Source: Azolla caroliniana
Lineage: Eukaryota; Plantae; Polypodiophyta
Assembly: GCA_043228905.1 (NCBI GenBank)
Contig: JBHGNT010000016.1
Span: forward strand, 2,666,001-2,730,000
Direction: 5' to 3'
Length of the DNA stretch: 64,000 bases
Positions within the stretch are counted from its first letter, which is position 1; each line of letters begins with the position of its first letter. A program made the translations under genes and the position numbers. Below are positions 1-12,795 of this stretch, one piece after another. The notes under the pieces were generated by a model. The model was not told the DNA's origin. It ran no database searches and was given only the letters and a program-made list of their open reading frames with translations.

Positions 1-81
1 TCCTCCGGTTCCGTAACCGCAACCGGGCTTGCCGTCATTCATCTCCGGACATCCCATCCGGAGGGACCGTAAATCCCAACA
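1..81 (-). mobile_element. Terminus of an LTR (inverted sister of the Copia-1 LTR) inserted in the Copia-1 RNase H region
   Basis: Reverse complement of 1-81 begins TGTTGGGATTTACGGTCCCTCCGGATGGGATG, almost identical to the Copia-1 LTR start at 527. RNase H coding sequence (TSRSTSGYVMTYAGG) resumes at 82. Confidence 0.85.
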
Positions 82-105
82 ACCAGCCGGTCCACATCAG
101 GGTAT

Positions 106-516
106 GTGATGACGTATGCAGGGGGAGCTGTCTCGTGGCAGTCGAGGCTGCAGAAGACGGTTGCGCTGTCAACCACGGAGGCGGAGTACATGGCGGCTGT
201 TGAAGCCGGCAAGGAAATGATATGGATGAAGGACTTCATTAGAGAGCTCGGTATCCGGCAGGAGGAGTACCGACTCTACTGCGACAGTCAGAGTGCCATC
301 CACCTTGCCAAGAACGCGACCTATCACTCCCGGACGAAGCACATCCAGCGAAGATATCACTGGATCCGGGAAAGGATAGAAGACCAGGAGTTCGTGCTGA
401 CGAAGATCCACACGGACGAGAACGGGTCAGACATGCTGACCAAAGTGCTCACACCCGACAAAGTGGAAGCGTGCCGGAAGAGGGTCGGACTGGAAAGACA
501 TCCCATGCCGAAGTGA
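106..516 (+). CDS. Copia RNase H domain (pol C-terminus, partial)
   Basis: Typical Ty1/Copia RNase H motifs; stop codon lies within the PPT. Confidence 0.9.
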   Translation: MMTYAGGAVSWQSRLQKTVALSTTEAEYMAAVEAGKEMIWMKDFIRELGIRQEEYRLYCDSQSAIHLAKNATYHSRTKHIQRRYHWIRERIEDQEFVLTKIHTDENGSDMLTKVLTPDKVEACRKRVGLERHPMPK

Positions 517-526
517 AGGGGGAGTT

Positions 527-1211
527 TGTTGGGATTACGGTCCCTCCGGATGGGATGGTCGGATGTCCGGGAATCGGGAATGAAGACCCGAATGTGGAGT
601 ACCCGATATCGGAGCCGGATGATGAAGGCCCGGTTCCGGAGCCGGATGATGAAGACCCGGTTCCGGATCCGGATGATGAAGACCCCGGCTACGGAGCTGG
701 ATGATGAAGACCCCGGCTACGGAGCCGGATGACGAATGTACCCGGAGAGAGATCCGGATGCGGGGACATATTTGTGAATATGTTTGCCAAGGGCCCTTGA
801 GGCTATATTTGTAAATAGCCCGAAAGTCATATGTGTATAAATATGACTTAGGGCAAACTGTTTTGTGATTGTTGTTGCTCATTTTTCCTGTTTTCCACTC
901 AGAGGGAGTGAAGTGAGAGTAGCAGAGAGAGAGAGAGAGAAAGGAAGAGGTCGACGCCTCTGTGTAATACCGCCGCCTGTGGCGAGGACAGTGAGCTCAA
1001 GGTCGTCGCCTTGCAGCTTGCCATTGTACATTCCCTGCGTATAGTGATAGTTGGAGTCTTGCACTCCCGTGGTTTTTCCCGTCTAGGGTTTTCCACGCTA
1101 AACCTTGTGCATTCGAGTCTCTCTCTGTGTTATCGATTTTCTGCTGCATTGATCCGTGTTTCCTCGGTTGTGGCCGAGAGGCGAAGAGATTGAAAGCGTC
1201 AATCCCTAACA
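527..1211 (+). repeat. Copia-1 3' LTR (~685 bp) with internal ~27-bp tandem repeats
   Basis: TG...CA ends with short terminal inverted repeat; GAGCCGGATGATGAAGACCCGGTTCCG-type units at ~574-732. Confidence 0.85.
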
Positions 1212-4200
1212 TTACCGGCTCGCCGTCTCTGCCGTCGTGGTGGTTGCCGTTTCCCTCATAGGTTGCCGTTTCCGCACCGGTGTCGGTCCTTTGCTCAAAT
1301 GGGTTCTTGGGCATCAATCCTCTATATGGCTTCAATCGGAATCCGTTGACCCATTTGCCTAGCACTTCGCCGACAAGTGTCCCTAACTGGTAGGACCCAT
1401 TATACTCACGTGTCAGCCAATACGGGCCGGTCCATCTAAACCGTAGTTTATCCGGCATCTTGCCCATCCGGGTCTGAAGTACTAACACTGGCTTGCCGAT
1501 TGCGAACAGTTTTTCATTTCCTCTCCTGTGCCGGTCGACAAATGCTTTCCATCGCCGTTGTTCCTCGAGTTCACACAACGCTGTTAACCGTATTGCCTTT
1601 GACTCCTTCTCGTTCAGCCGTTCCTGTAGCTGGATTCGTAAGCTGGGTACTTGGAATTCCACCGGCATTACCGCCTCTAGTCCGAACGCTAACCGGAATG
1701 GTGTTGTTCGGATGCTCGTTTTATATGCTGTCCGATATATGCCCAAAGCGCGCTATGTAGCTTGGTATCCCAATCCGTTCGGTTTTCGTTGACGATCTTC
1801 CGGAGGATATTCTGGAGCGTTTTGTTCGTCGATTCAGCTAACCCGTTTGCTTGCGGATAGTATGGTGTGCTCCGTTTATGGACAACGGCATAGAATGTCG
1901 TCAAGCTTTCAACTACTTGGCCGAGAAAGTGCCCCCCTTGGTCGCTTATTAATTCGATTGGGCATCCGTAACGGCACCAGATGTATTCGTATAGAAATTT
2001 TGTCGTTGACGCAATGGTGTTGTCTCTTACGGCTTTGGCCTCCACCCATTTCGTGCAGTAATCCGTCGCGACGATGACGTACCGATTACCTGTTCTCATT
2101 GCCGGTGGTTTGAACGGTCCAACAAAGTCCAACCCCCACTTCTAGAATGGTTCGAGTGGTAGTACAGGCTGGTGTGGCATCCGAGCCTGCTCCGTTGGTT
2201 GGCCCATTCGCTGGCATAGGTCACATTCTTTTGCATACTGTACAACATCTCTTAATGTAGTTGGCCACCATAGGCCACTTTGCCATATTTTCCTGCCCGT
2301 CGCATCTCCGGCATAGTGACCTCCGACAACTCCGCAGTGGGCTTCCCTCAGTATGAGGTCCTTTTCATCGCTGCGCACAGCCCGTCTCCATATGCCGTCT
2401 ACGCCCTTGTGGTAAAGTGTGTCTCGTAGTAAGCAGAAAGGTCGGCTTTGCACCGCCAGGCGTTTCCTTTCGTCCCAGTTCATCTCTTCTGGAGGCAGTC
2501 TTGTGCTTAGAAATTGGTGCATATTTGTGAGCCACCTGTCTTCCTGTGCCACCGTCTCATCTGCTGCCGTTTCCGTAGTGACTCGAAACAGCTCCGCATC
2601 CGGAAACTCGTCCGCTACTCCTTTGCCCGTCTCTTCGGACTCTAATCGGCTTAAATAGTCCGCTACGGCATGCTGTATACCGCGTTGGTGGAATATTTCG
2701 AACTCGAATTCCTGTAATAGTAAGGTCCACCGGGCCAACTTACCGGTGAGTGACGCCTTGGACACCAGGTAAAGAAGTGCCGAATGATCTACATGGAAGG
2801 AAAACTTCCTTCCCAATAAATAATGCCGAAACTTTGTCACACTGTAAATCATCCCTAGAGCTTCCCGTTCCGTGGTAGAGTAGTTCCGTTCCGCTTGGGA
2901 TAGCTTTCGGCTGGCATAGTACACTGGCCAATACCACTTTGGCTCCGTAAGCTGCATCAGTGCGCTTCCGATTGCGATGTCAGAGGCGTCCACGAACACA
3001 TGAAATTCTTTACTCCAATTCGGAGGTTGCACTACCGGTGCTTGCGACAATAGTACTTTGAGGGCCGTATACGCCCTATCCTCGGTGTCCGTCCACTAGA
3101 ATGGTGTTCGATGTACTGCGGCATGCAACGGTGTAGCCAGGTTGGCCAAGTATCGGAGCATCCGGCTGTGCCACCGGATCTGGCCTAAGAACCGGCGCAA
3201 TGCCTTTGCCGTTGCCGGCGCCGGTGCTTCTAATAGGGCTTTCACTTTGTCTGGGTCGACTGCAATGCCTTCCTGGCTCACAATATGTCCTAGTAAGGTT
3301 CCACTAGACACGCCAAATACACACTTTGCCGGATTCAAGCTTAGCCGGTACGCTCTACACTTTTCTAGACAAAGCCGGAGGTGCTGAAAATGGTCCTCCT
3401 CCCGGCTATTGACGGCGAAATCATCAAGGAAAACCTGCATAAAAGCCGGAATATATTCACCAAAGATTTCCATGATGATTCGTTGAAATGTTGCCGGTGC
3501 TGTTTTGAGTCCGAACATCATCACCACAGCCACAAACACCCCCCATTCGGTGACGAAAGCCGTTTTCTCTTGGTCGTCGGGGTGCATCCGGATCTGATTG
3601 TACCCGCTGAATCCATCTAGAAAACTATAGACCTCATGGCCGACGACGGCATCCAACACTCCATCTGTGAACGGAAGTGGAAACGCATCTGTTACTGTAG
3701 CTGCATTGAGTTTCCGGTAGTCCACACAAACTCGAATTTTTCAGTTCTTCTTCGGTACGACTACGATCGGGCTCAACCATGTCGCTTTCTTTACCGGACG
3801 GATAAAGCCCACTCTTAGCAGTTTGTCGATTTCCTCCTTGACTTTGGCGGCATAATTGGGATTCATCCGGTACCGTCTTTGTGCCACTGGTTTTGCGTCC
3901 TTGCTCAAGTGAATCTGATGCTGGTATAACTGAGGGTCGAGCCCTCGCATGTCTTCGTATGACCAAGCAAACACGTCGCGAAATTCCGTGAGAAGTGTGA
4001 TCATCGCCGTTTTGTCTTCGTACCTCATCTCCTTGGCGATGTGCACCGGTTTTGCTTCGTCCGTGGTTCCTAGGTTCACCTCTTCAAGTTGCGACGCTTT
4101 TACGCGCTGTGAAACTGCCATTTCCCGTTCCAACGCTTCCTGCGCTTGCCGTAACTCTCGGATTGCGTCCTTATCCGGTTCTGCTTCAGTCTCTTCCGGC

Positions 4201-6548
4201 TGTGGTAAGTATGGCGCTACTGCTTCGGCAATGTCAATTTCGAAGAGGGGTACGATCTTCGGGTTTTCCTGCAAGTACTGAGCTTCTTCTTCGTCAGCTA
4301 ACCCTTCTAGCATGTTGACGCACTCCGCATACAACGGTGTACATTCCTTGCCCGTGCTCATCCTTGGCTGTGTTGGTACGCGTACCCTGGCTTTTCCTCG
4401 CCGGAAGGTAATTATATTTTTCCTCCAATTCTGTTTGATATGTGCCGTTTTCAGCCACGACCGCCCCAACAATAGCGGGTACGTGCCTTGTGCCTGTAAT
4501 TGTAGCACTACTGCCGAGATGTGAAATGTATGACCGCCAACGATGACTTCTAATTTTCGTATTAATCCTGTCGGCCGCATGGAGCTTGTATTGGCCATCC
4601 GTAACCAGAACGGACACGGCTCCCACTCGTGGATTCCCAGGGCATCACACGTCCGGAGGCTTATTACATTCACCCTGGAGCCTCTGTCTATTACTGTGCC
4701 AAGGAGTTCTTTCCCTTTTACAATGGCAATAATTACCGGACTGTTGGTGTCCACCACCGTTGGTCCCTCCTCCGGATTCGAGAAGAGTACCGGTGCCAGT
4801 GATGATTCTCCTTCCGTCATGGCTGTCTTCAGTCCTTCCGTGAATCTCGGCACGAGCTGTAGGAGTCTTCCTAGTGGTAGCGTAATCTGGCATTCTTGCA
4901 ATGCCTGCCATGTCTCGTTCTCGAAGTGACTGCCGCCGGCAAGCCCTACGGTGTTCTCCTTTTGCCGCTGTAAGTCTGTGACATTTTGCTCGTTTGCTTT
5001 CTTCACCCATTCCGTCGCTTGCTTCCGGATGGTCTCCTGCATCTCCCATTCCTTGGCCATGCCCTTCGACCTTGTGGTCACCTACTGCAGATCTGCCACT
5101 TCAGGGACTACCATATTTATCGTCGGTCGTTTGTCATAGCTCTTCGCCGTGCATTGATTACTATAATGGCCTTCCTGTCGGCAATAGTAGCAGTAGGCTT
5201 TCCAGGTATTGCTGGATTCGTCATTGTCTGTTGTACCCGAGCCAGGTCCCGTGGTAAGCGCGGGGTTTTGGGCCGGTTGGCTACTTGAAGCTCCTTGTTC
5301 TGGATCCCGTGGGTAGCCGCCTTTTTTGAAATGCCGTTTTTTGTTATAGTTCTTCTTATTGCGGTACTCTTGACGAGGTTGGTCGTTATATCTGCCGTAT
5401 TCCTCCCGTTGCTGACGATACCCGAGGGAGTGCTCCTGGTCGTAATGTTCGTATCGTCTATTGTAATCCCGGTACCGATCATATCTATCATGTCGGTCGT
5501 AGTTATCCCGCCGATCACCGTACCGAACATCATTCTCCTGTCGATCGCCATACCAGACATCCTGTGCCGGTCGGTCGCAGTCCATTCGCCGCCAGCCTTC
5601 CTCTTCTTCGTCCCGGCTGCAACGTGGCTCTATTTGTCGGACGGGCGGTGCTTGCCGGTTCAATAGATTATACTCGCACCTATCCGTCGTATGGCCCTTG
5701 GATTGACAGATTACACATTGCGTCCTCATAGTGCACTCTAGTGCCGAGTGTCCGGAATTCAAGCAGGTTGTGCACTGTATTGCTTGCCGAAACCGGAGGT
5801 CTTCATCGGACGGTAACGCCCGTTGGAGTGCTCCCAGTGTGAGCCAGGAGCTTGTCTTTTCAATCTCTCTCACCCGGTCAATGACCTGGTCGATGGTACT
5901 TGCGCGGAAGTCAATGACCGTGCAAACCATGCGTAGGGGTTCCCGGAGCGCATTTAGGAATATAGTCCGTAATTCCTCCTATGGGGGTGCACGGGCAAGC
6001 TGACTATGCATTCGTTGAAACCGGATGACAAATTGGGGAATGCTCTCCCCTGCCTCCTGTCGGATGGTATAAAATAAGCCCACCATTACTGTCAGGTCCA
6101 CCTCCTTTTGGAAAAAATGCAAGAATTTAGCTTTTAAATCTGCGAAGGTGGTGATGGTAGACGGGTCCTGCGTACGACGCCATCTCGCTGTCGGTCCCTC
6201 CAATGTGACGCCAAATTATGCTATCTTAGAGCGTTCCTCTTCTTCCGGGGTCAATCGCTGGGACACATGGTTTGCTTCCCATGTCTGTTCAAAGGCGTGA
6301 ACATGAGCTTCCGCGTCCGGATCATCTCTATACTTGGAGTACTGGAACGACACGTCGTCGTCCGGTATCGATGCGCGGGCTGGCGGTGTTGGTGGTCGTT
6401 CCTGGTTTTTCTCCGGCGTCGGTGGTCTTTCCTGATTTGTTTCCGGTGTCGGTGGTCTTTCCTCTTCTTTTGGTGACGGAGGCCTCTCCTCCTCGACTTC
6501 CGGTGTCGGAGGTCGCTCTGTAACCAGGTCGTGCGTTGATCTAGTCAT
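1212..6548 (-). pseudogene. Gypsy gag-pol polyprotein with multiple stops/frameshifts
   Basis: Collinear ORF pieces 6216-6548, 5979-6203, 5082-5930, 3741-5081, 3096-3725, 2142-3050, 1689-2132 and 997-1746 (retro-derived only down to 1212). Confidence 0.9.
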
Positions 6549-6598
6549 CCATTCGTGCTGTCGTTCGCTGCAAAACAGGAATCGTGGTCACCAAAAAC

Positions 6599-7037
6599 TG
6601 TGTTAACTCTTAGGGCCGAACAATGGCCTAACACAGGGTGTCTAAGGAAGACACTTCACCAAAGGGGTGTTACGGCAATAGGATTAGACTCAACGATTAA
6701 TCCGACTTTATTAGGCTACTTAGCAAGATCGTCCTTAATAATCACACGTGTAAGATATTAACAATGAATGCAGAACGGCAATTAACACAGAGAGATAAAA
6801 ACACTAAGCTTTATTAATTAACCACTGCTCATTACATTGTATCCGGGCCTTTAAATAGGTTTCCGGTCTGTAGTACAAAACGGTGCCATCCGCACTTGTT
6901 CGGGATCGGTCCGGATCTGGAACGGCATACCAATTCCAGTCCGTCCGTCCACACTAATAGCTTACTTACAACCATTCCTATTATTTAATTAACTCCTCCG
7001 TTTCACACTCTGGACTCCTTTGCCGGCCGGTAACACA
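6599..7037 (-). repeat. Gypsy 5' LTR (~439 bp)
   Basis: 7-bp terminal inverted repeats; lies between the PBS-like motif and the start of an unrelated Copia gag. Confidence 0.8.
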
Positions 7038-7040
7038 CAA

Positions 7041-9780
7041 ATGGGTAGCTTGCTCCCTAGTGAAAAGCTAGATCGGAACAATTATTCATCTTGGGAGTAC
7101 AAGATGACCGAATACCTCATCGGCCAAGGGTATTGGAGCTACATCAACGACGCTCAAGAAAATCAACCCGACTCAAAGAACGCTGACTACGCAACAGGGG
7201 AGCAAGCAGCGAGTCGAGTCATGTATTGCTTGGCAACATGTGTCCACGACCACATGCTTAGCCACATTCGAGACGCCAAGACGCCTAAAGAAGCGTGGGC
7301 GAACTTAAAGAAAATGTTCGCCGCCAATACGACGACACGCAAGCTTCAAATCCGGCAAGAGTTGAACAACATACGACAAAAAGATATGTCTGTCGGACTA
7401 CTCCGCCAAGATCAAGAGCATTTGCGACTCGCTTGGCTCCATCAAAATAAACGTCGACGAAGACGAGATGGTTCAAGTATGCTTGGGCGGCCTCGCACAA
7501 CGATTCGACTCGTTGAGGACGGCAATCTTGGCGAGAGAAAACCCTCCTTCATTCTTCGACTTCCAATCAATGCTATTGGTCGAAGAGAACCACGTTCGAA
7601 CCAAAAGCGAGACGTCAGAAGGACAAATATTCTTCTCGAATTCGGACAATGGCCGAGGAGGAGGTCACGACAGTAGAAGAGGTCAATTCGACCCATCACA
7701 CGAAGGGAACTCAAACCTTCACGGAAGCCATCAAGGAACCTTCGGAAGAAGGGGAAGCTTCCACACCGAACATGGTCGGCAAACGAGGCCCACAACTTGC
7801 AATTATTGCGGCAAAGTCGGCCACTACAAGGCGGAGTGTCGGAAAAAGAGAAGTTAGTCGGCTTCAACAAGTCAACAACTCACAAACTACACATTGAACT
7901 CCGACCACGACAATCATAGCGGAATGTTCACGAATCACGCATCAAATTCCGACTACGTCGACCGTGGCGAAATGTTTGTAATGAGGCATAGAGTGACCTC
8001 TATGACAGACTCCAACTCGGAAGACGTGTGGTTCGTTGATTCCGGCGCCTCACATCACATGACATCTCACGAAGAGTGGTTTTGTGATTTACGAACGCCA
8101 GATCGACCCGGCTTCATAGAGACGGGAGACGACACCACGCACCCCATTCGGCACATCGGCAATGTCCCATTTGGGGAAGGCGAGCAAACTTGCATCAAGA
8201 ATGTCCTGCATGTGCCCACAATAACGAAGAATTTGGTCTCTGTCGGCCAAATCGTGGAGCAAGGCAGGCAAGTCCGCTTCAACAACGAAGGATGCTTCAT
8301 CGAGAAAGATGGCCGACTCATAGCCAAGGGATGGAGAGACGGTCGCATGTTCATCCTCGATTTAAATGAGGTGAAATCGGCCATGTACGCTAAAGGTCTC
8401 AAAATTGAGACAAGCATCGAGTTGTGGCACAAGAGAATCGGCCACATAAACCTCCAACGGCTTTGAGCGATGCAAACCAAGGGAGTCGTCATCGGACTTC
8501 CGACATTCAAGTCGAAACGAGTTGACCAAGTATGCGAAGCATATCAACTCGGCAAACGACATCGACTCCCATTCCCAAAGGAGAGCCACGCAAGCAAAGG
8601 CCTCCTCGACGTCATACACTCGGATGTATGGGGACCGGCTGAAACGCCGATGATCGGCGGATGCCGATACTATGTGACCTTCATCGACGACTACTTGTAC
8701 GATGCGTGGATCTACCCAATGAAGAAGAAAAGCGAAGTGCTCTCCCATTTCCAAAAGCTCAAGGGGCAAGTCGAAAAAGAAACTGGTCGGCACATTTGAT
8801 GCCTACGATCGGATGGAGGAAAGGAGTACTTCTCTAACGAATTCACCTCCTACCTCCAAAGTGAAGGCATTTGGAGAGAATTCTTGTGCCGACACACACC
8901 CCAACAAAATGGAGTAGCCGAAAGGAAGAATCGGCAAATACTCGAGGTAGCACGCGCCATGATGCATGAGAAGCACATGCCGAATTTCTATTGGGCCGAA
9001 GCAGTATCCACGGCTGTCTATCTCATGAACCGGTGCACCACTAATGGAATCCATGAGCTAACTCCATACGAGCTCCTCGTCAGAAGGAAGTTGATCCTGT
9101 CGCACCTCAAGGTGTTCAGAAGCATTGCAAATATACGCATCCCGAACGAACAATGACAGAAGCCCGACATGAAGTCGGAGGAATGTATCCTCATAGGATA
9201 CTTGTCCGAGAAGAAGGCGTACAAGTGTTACAACCCTTCTACCCGAGCAGTTCGGGTAAGTCAAGACATAGTCTTCGACGAGTTCGCATCGTGGTACGCA
9301 GCAAAGGCAACTTCGACTCCGACTCCGGTTGACCCAGAATCCGCCGAACACGAGGTAGAAGATGGGGATCGCTTCGAACACATGTTCGAAGAAAGTCCGA
9401 TTACGACAAAGCCTAATGGGCCACAAGAGCCCCCACGCGACCCAAGCACGTCGCGGCCAAGTACGAACTTGGACAAAGGCAAAGGTAAGATGCCCGAATA
9501 CGAAGTCGATCACCCTGACGACAATGATTCGGATGGATCGGCTCCCTCACTAGACAATGAGTTCGGTGTATCCATCATGCGGACACCCGGAGTAAAGAAG
9601 GCGCTCACATCGGCGAGCGAAAAACTTCGACGCTCATCTAGAGCTAAGAACCCCGTCACTGGGTACGACTACAATGAGTACATGGCCCATCATTACGCCT
9701 TCGCGATGAAGGTAGCGGCCGAACAAGGGCCCAAGAGCTCCACCGAAGCAGCTCGTAACCCACGATGGGTGGAAGTAGTT
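7041..9780 (+). pseudogene. Copia-2 gag-protease-integrase remnant
   Basis: Collinear fragments broken by stops/frameshifts; homology ends at the RT start (NPRWVE). Confidence 0.85.
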
Positions 9781-12715
9781 GACCTTCACCCACACACTAC
9801 AAGCCTTCGTCACCGGCTTGAGGGGGTGGAACCTAGATTGCCACGACGAAGAAAGCGGAAGGCCGGATGGAAGCACACGAAGCCGACAAAAGCCAAAGCG
9901 GATGTCGGACGCCTCACACTTGGGCTTGAGGGGGCGTGTTGAGAGATCAAGCTCAACTTAGTTTAGTTAGTTAGTCAACCATGTAACTTCGTAGTTAACA
10001 TCGGGTCATTTGAAACAGGTAATATGTTGCATTCTCTTTTTCATATCTTAGTGAGATGTTAAAAAATGCCTTATTTAAGCAGAATTTCAACAAGGCACGA
10101 CGCATGTGTATGTGGTTTATGAAAACATGCGAAAAAAAGAACTAACTAATATCACGTCAACAAAATCATCCGACGTATATTCTATCTACTATGTTTTTGT
10201 CCAAATCTTAGACAGGGGTGTATTTGTCAACACAAGTATAATAGTAACACGGGTCCTTGTGCATATTCTAAAAAGCATGCCCCATTGAATAAGTGGCTTC
10301 TTCTAATTATGTGTGTATATTTAAATATAATACATCTTAAAGCAAATTGTGAACCTTGCAATTAAGAGATACTATTATGTCAAGAGAAAATTTCCATTCA
10401 CACGTGATACATGACACTGTCAATGTATAAATAAACTAGTCTACAATAACATTCCAATCATACGAGTAAATGATAGAGTATAAACTTATCTCCGATATAC
10501 CCCAAATGATAAAGGAGAGTTTAGATAACATGTACACATACAAGTATACTTAATTTCTAAGTTCAATAATTGTTACACGAAAATTATAAGTAAGCTCAAC
10601 TTATATATTACGTCAAAATTTAACAATTCATATTGTTCAAAATTTACAATAAGCCATAACCATTCAATCGAATAATAAGTCTAGTAAAGCCGTCTACTCA
10701 GGATTAGCTCTTTCATCAGGATTGTCCTCATTGGCTTCGTCAGTACGCTAAGTTGAATTGTTAGTATGTTCAGACTCTGAAATGTCTTCTAATTCAACAA
10801 GTTGCCCTGCGTCTTCATCTATAGTTCCACAAGTTTTCTAAAAGTCATCTGGAACATCTAAGTTTTATTGATATGCTTTGCCCCAACTTCTTGGTCTTGA
10901 TCAGGACAACCCCAGATACCTTGGATCCTCATTTTGATGACATTAACTTGCTCAAGGTCCTTCTCTAATGCAACAGAGTTCCTGATAATCTTTAAGGCGT
11001 ATGTTTTAGTAGTACATGATAGTAGAATGAAATTACACAGGTAACATCAAACTGAAGAATAGAATATAACGTTAATCTAAATTGATGTAAGTTTTATATT
11101 ATATACCTGTGTCAGAAAACTAATCTAAAACCCATTGAAAATTTGAAACAATAAAATTTGAAAAAATAAAAAATCTTGGATTTTTAATTGGAACCCAATG
11201 CGATGCACTAGATTTCAGTTGAAAATCGAAGTTTTTTTTTTTTTAGTAATTTTTAAAAAATTTTCCATTAAAAAATAAAAAATGGATTTTCAGCTAAAAT
11301 ACTATGCACTACATTATATTTTAGTATATATAGCTAGAATCTAATGCAATGCGTTGGATTAGAGTCGAAAATCCTTTTTTCTTTTTTCTTTTTCCAATGT
11401 TATTTATTTATTTATTTTCCATATAAAAAAATAATAAACGGCTTTTCAACTGAAATCCGATACACTGCATCAAATCGTAGTCTATACAGCTAGACATTGA
11501 TGCATTGCATCAGATTTTAGCTGGCAATCCTCTTTCTTTTCAATTGTTTTTCATTTTTTCAAAAAATAAATAAAAATATATTAAAAAAGTGGATTTCCAA
11601 CTGAAATCTAATGCACTACATCGAATTTCAATTAAAAATCCAAATTTCTTTTAGGTTTTTCATAAAACAATGAGATAATAAAAAAATTACATTTTCAATA
11701 AAATCTGAACCATTGAGTCAGATTTCAATTGCAAATTAATGTTTTATGAAAAAACATAAGAAAAATATTGGACTTTCAACGGAAATCCGATGCACTGCAT
11801 CGGATTTCTGTTGAAACTCAGTGATTTTGAACGGAAATCCGATGCAGTGCATCGGATTTCCATTGAAAATCCTGTTGAAAATGATCTCTTTTCAACAAGA
11901 ATCCGATGCACACATCATTTTAAATGGAGAAAATCACAATTTGTTTATTTTTAACACTTTTCTAGAGAAAAATATAAACAAATAAGAAAATTTGTAAACA
12001 AACAAGAAAAAGTGGACTTTCAATGGAAATCCGATGCAGTGCATCGGATTTCCGTTGAAAATCCATTTTTTTCAATTCCTATATATTTATTTATGATAAA
12101 AACAAAAACAATTCAAAACAAATACAAAAACAAATTCAAAATATCTGAAAAATTGGAAACAAATAAGAAAAAATGGATTTTCAATAGAAATCCGATGTAG
12201 TGCATCGGATTTTTGTTGAAAACCCATTTTTTGTAATTTTTATTTATTTATTTATGGGAAAAAATGAAAAAAAATTTAAAAAATACAGAAAAATATTTTA
12301 AAATATGAAAATTTGGTAACAAATAGCAAAAAGTGGACTTTCAATAGAAATCCGATGCTGTCAGGAATAGTACTAAAAAAGAGATGGAATTAGTACTAAG
12401 AAGAGTAGTACTATTAGTACTAAGAGGACGGGACTGCGTAAGATTCCCGAGAGAGAGGAAGTGAGAAGAGGAGAGAGAGAGAAATAGGATGATGACAACA
12501 ACTCTTATATTATATGAAAGATAAGTACAAATCGGCTAAGAGGCTTAAGACTGGTGTTGAACCAATTTGGTTCAAAACAATGCCTTGTGCCTCCTTTTAT
12601 AGTGTTTTTAGGAATAATCCTGAAGCTTCTAGAATGTTCCAGAGAGATCTGGAATATACATCAATTTTCTATGATAAAGCATAAATGAAAATAATATCCT
12701 ACAAAATACAATTCA

Positions 12716-12770
12716 TAGTCTAATGGTAAGAGCTCGACCCATGTAGCATAAGGTCATGGGTTTGAGTCTT
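12716..12770 (+). promoter_or_regulatory. tRNA-like A-box/B-box module in the chromovirus LTR (second copy at 16056-16110)
   Basis: TAGTCTAATGG and GGTTTGAGTC about 32 nt apart, resembling Pol III internal promoter boxes. Confidence 0.5.
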
Positions 12771-12795
12771 GCCATATCATGACACTATCTCCCCC

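Larger units (their letters stand above)
82..1211 (+). mobile_element. Ty1/Copia element 1, 3' end (RNase H, PPT, 3' LTR)
   Basis: RNase H motifs SWQSRLQ..ALSTTEAEY..CDSQSAI..RTKHI; PPT AAGTGAAGGGGGAG 511-524; LTR TGTTGGGATT (527) to AATCCCTAACA (1211). Confidence 0.92.
1212..7037 (-). mobile_element. Ty3/Gypsy non-chromovirus (Athila-like) element, degenerate; 3' part interrupted by Copia-1
   Basis: Order gag (CCHC knuckles)-protease-RT (DYRKLN, FLDD)-RNase H (DAS, EREAL)-integrase (HHCC, DFVGP, GPY); 5' LTR 6599-7037 with TGTGTTA/TAACACA ends; PBS-like TTTTTGGTGACC next to the LTR. Confidence 0.92.

Noticed and set aside
5075-5090. Programmed stop read-through between Gypsy gag and pol
   Set aside because: The in-frame TAG is most simply a CAG-to-TAG change; the element has several similar stops (e.g. 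2142, 3096).
12709-12784. Functional tRNA gene
   Set aside because: No convincing acceptor or anticodon stem; only box-like motifs are retained.
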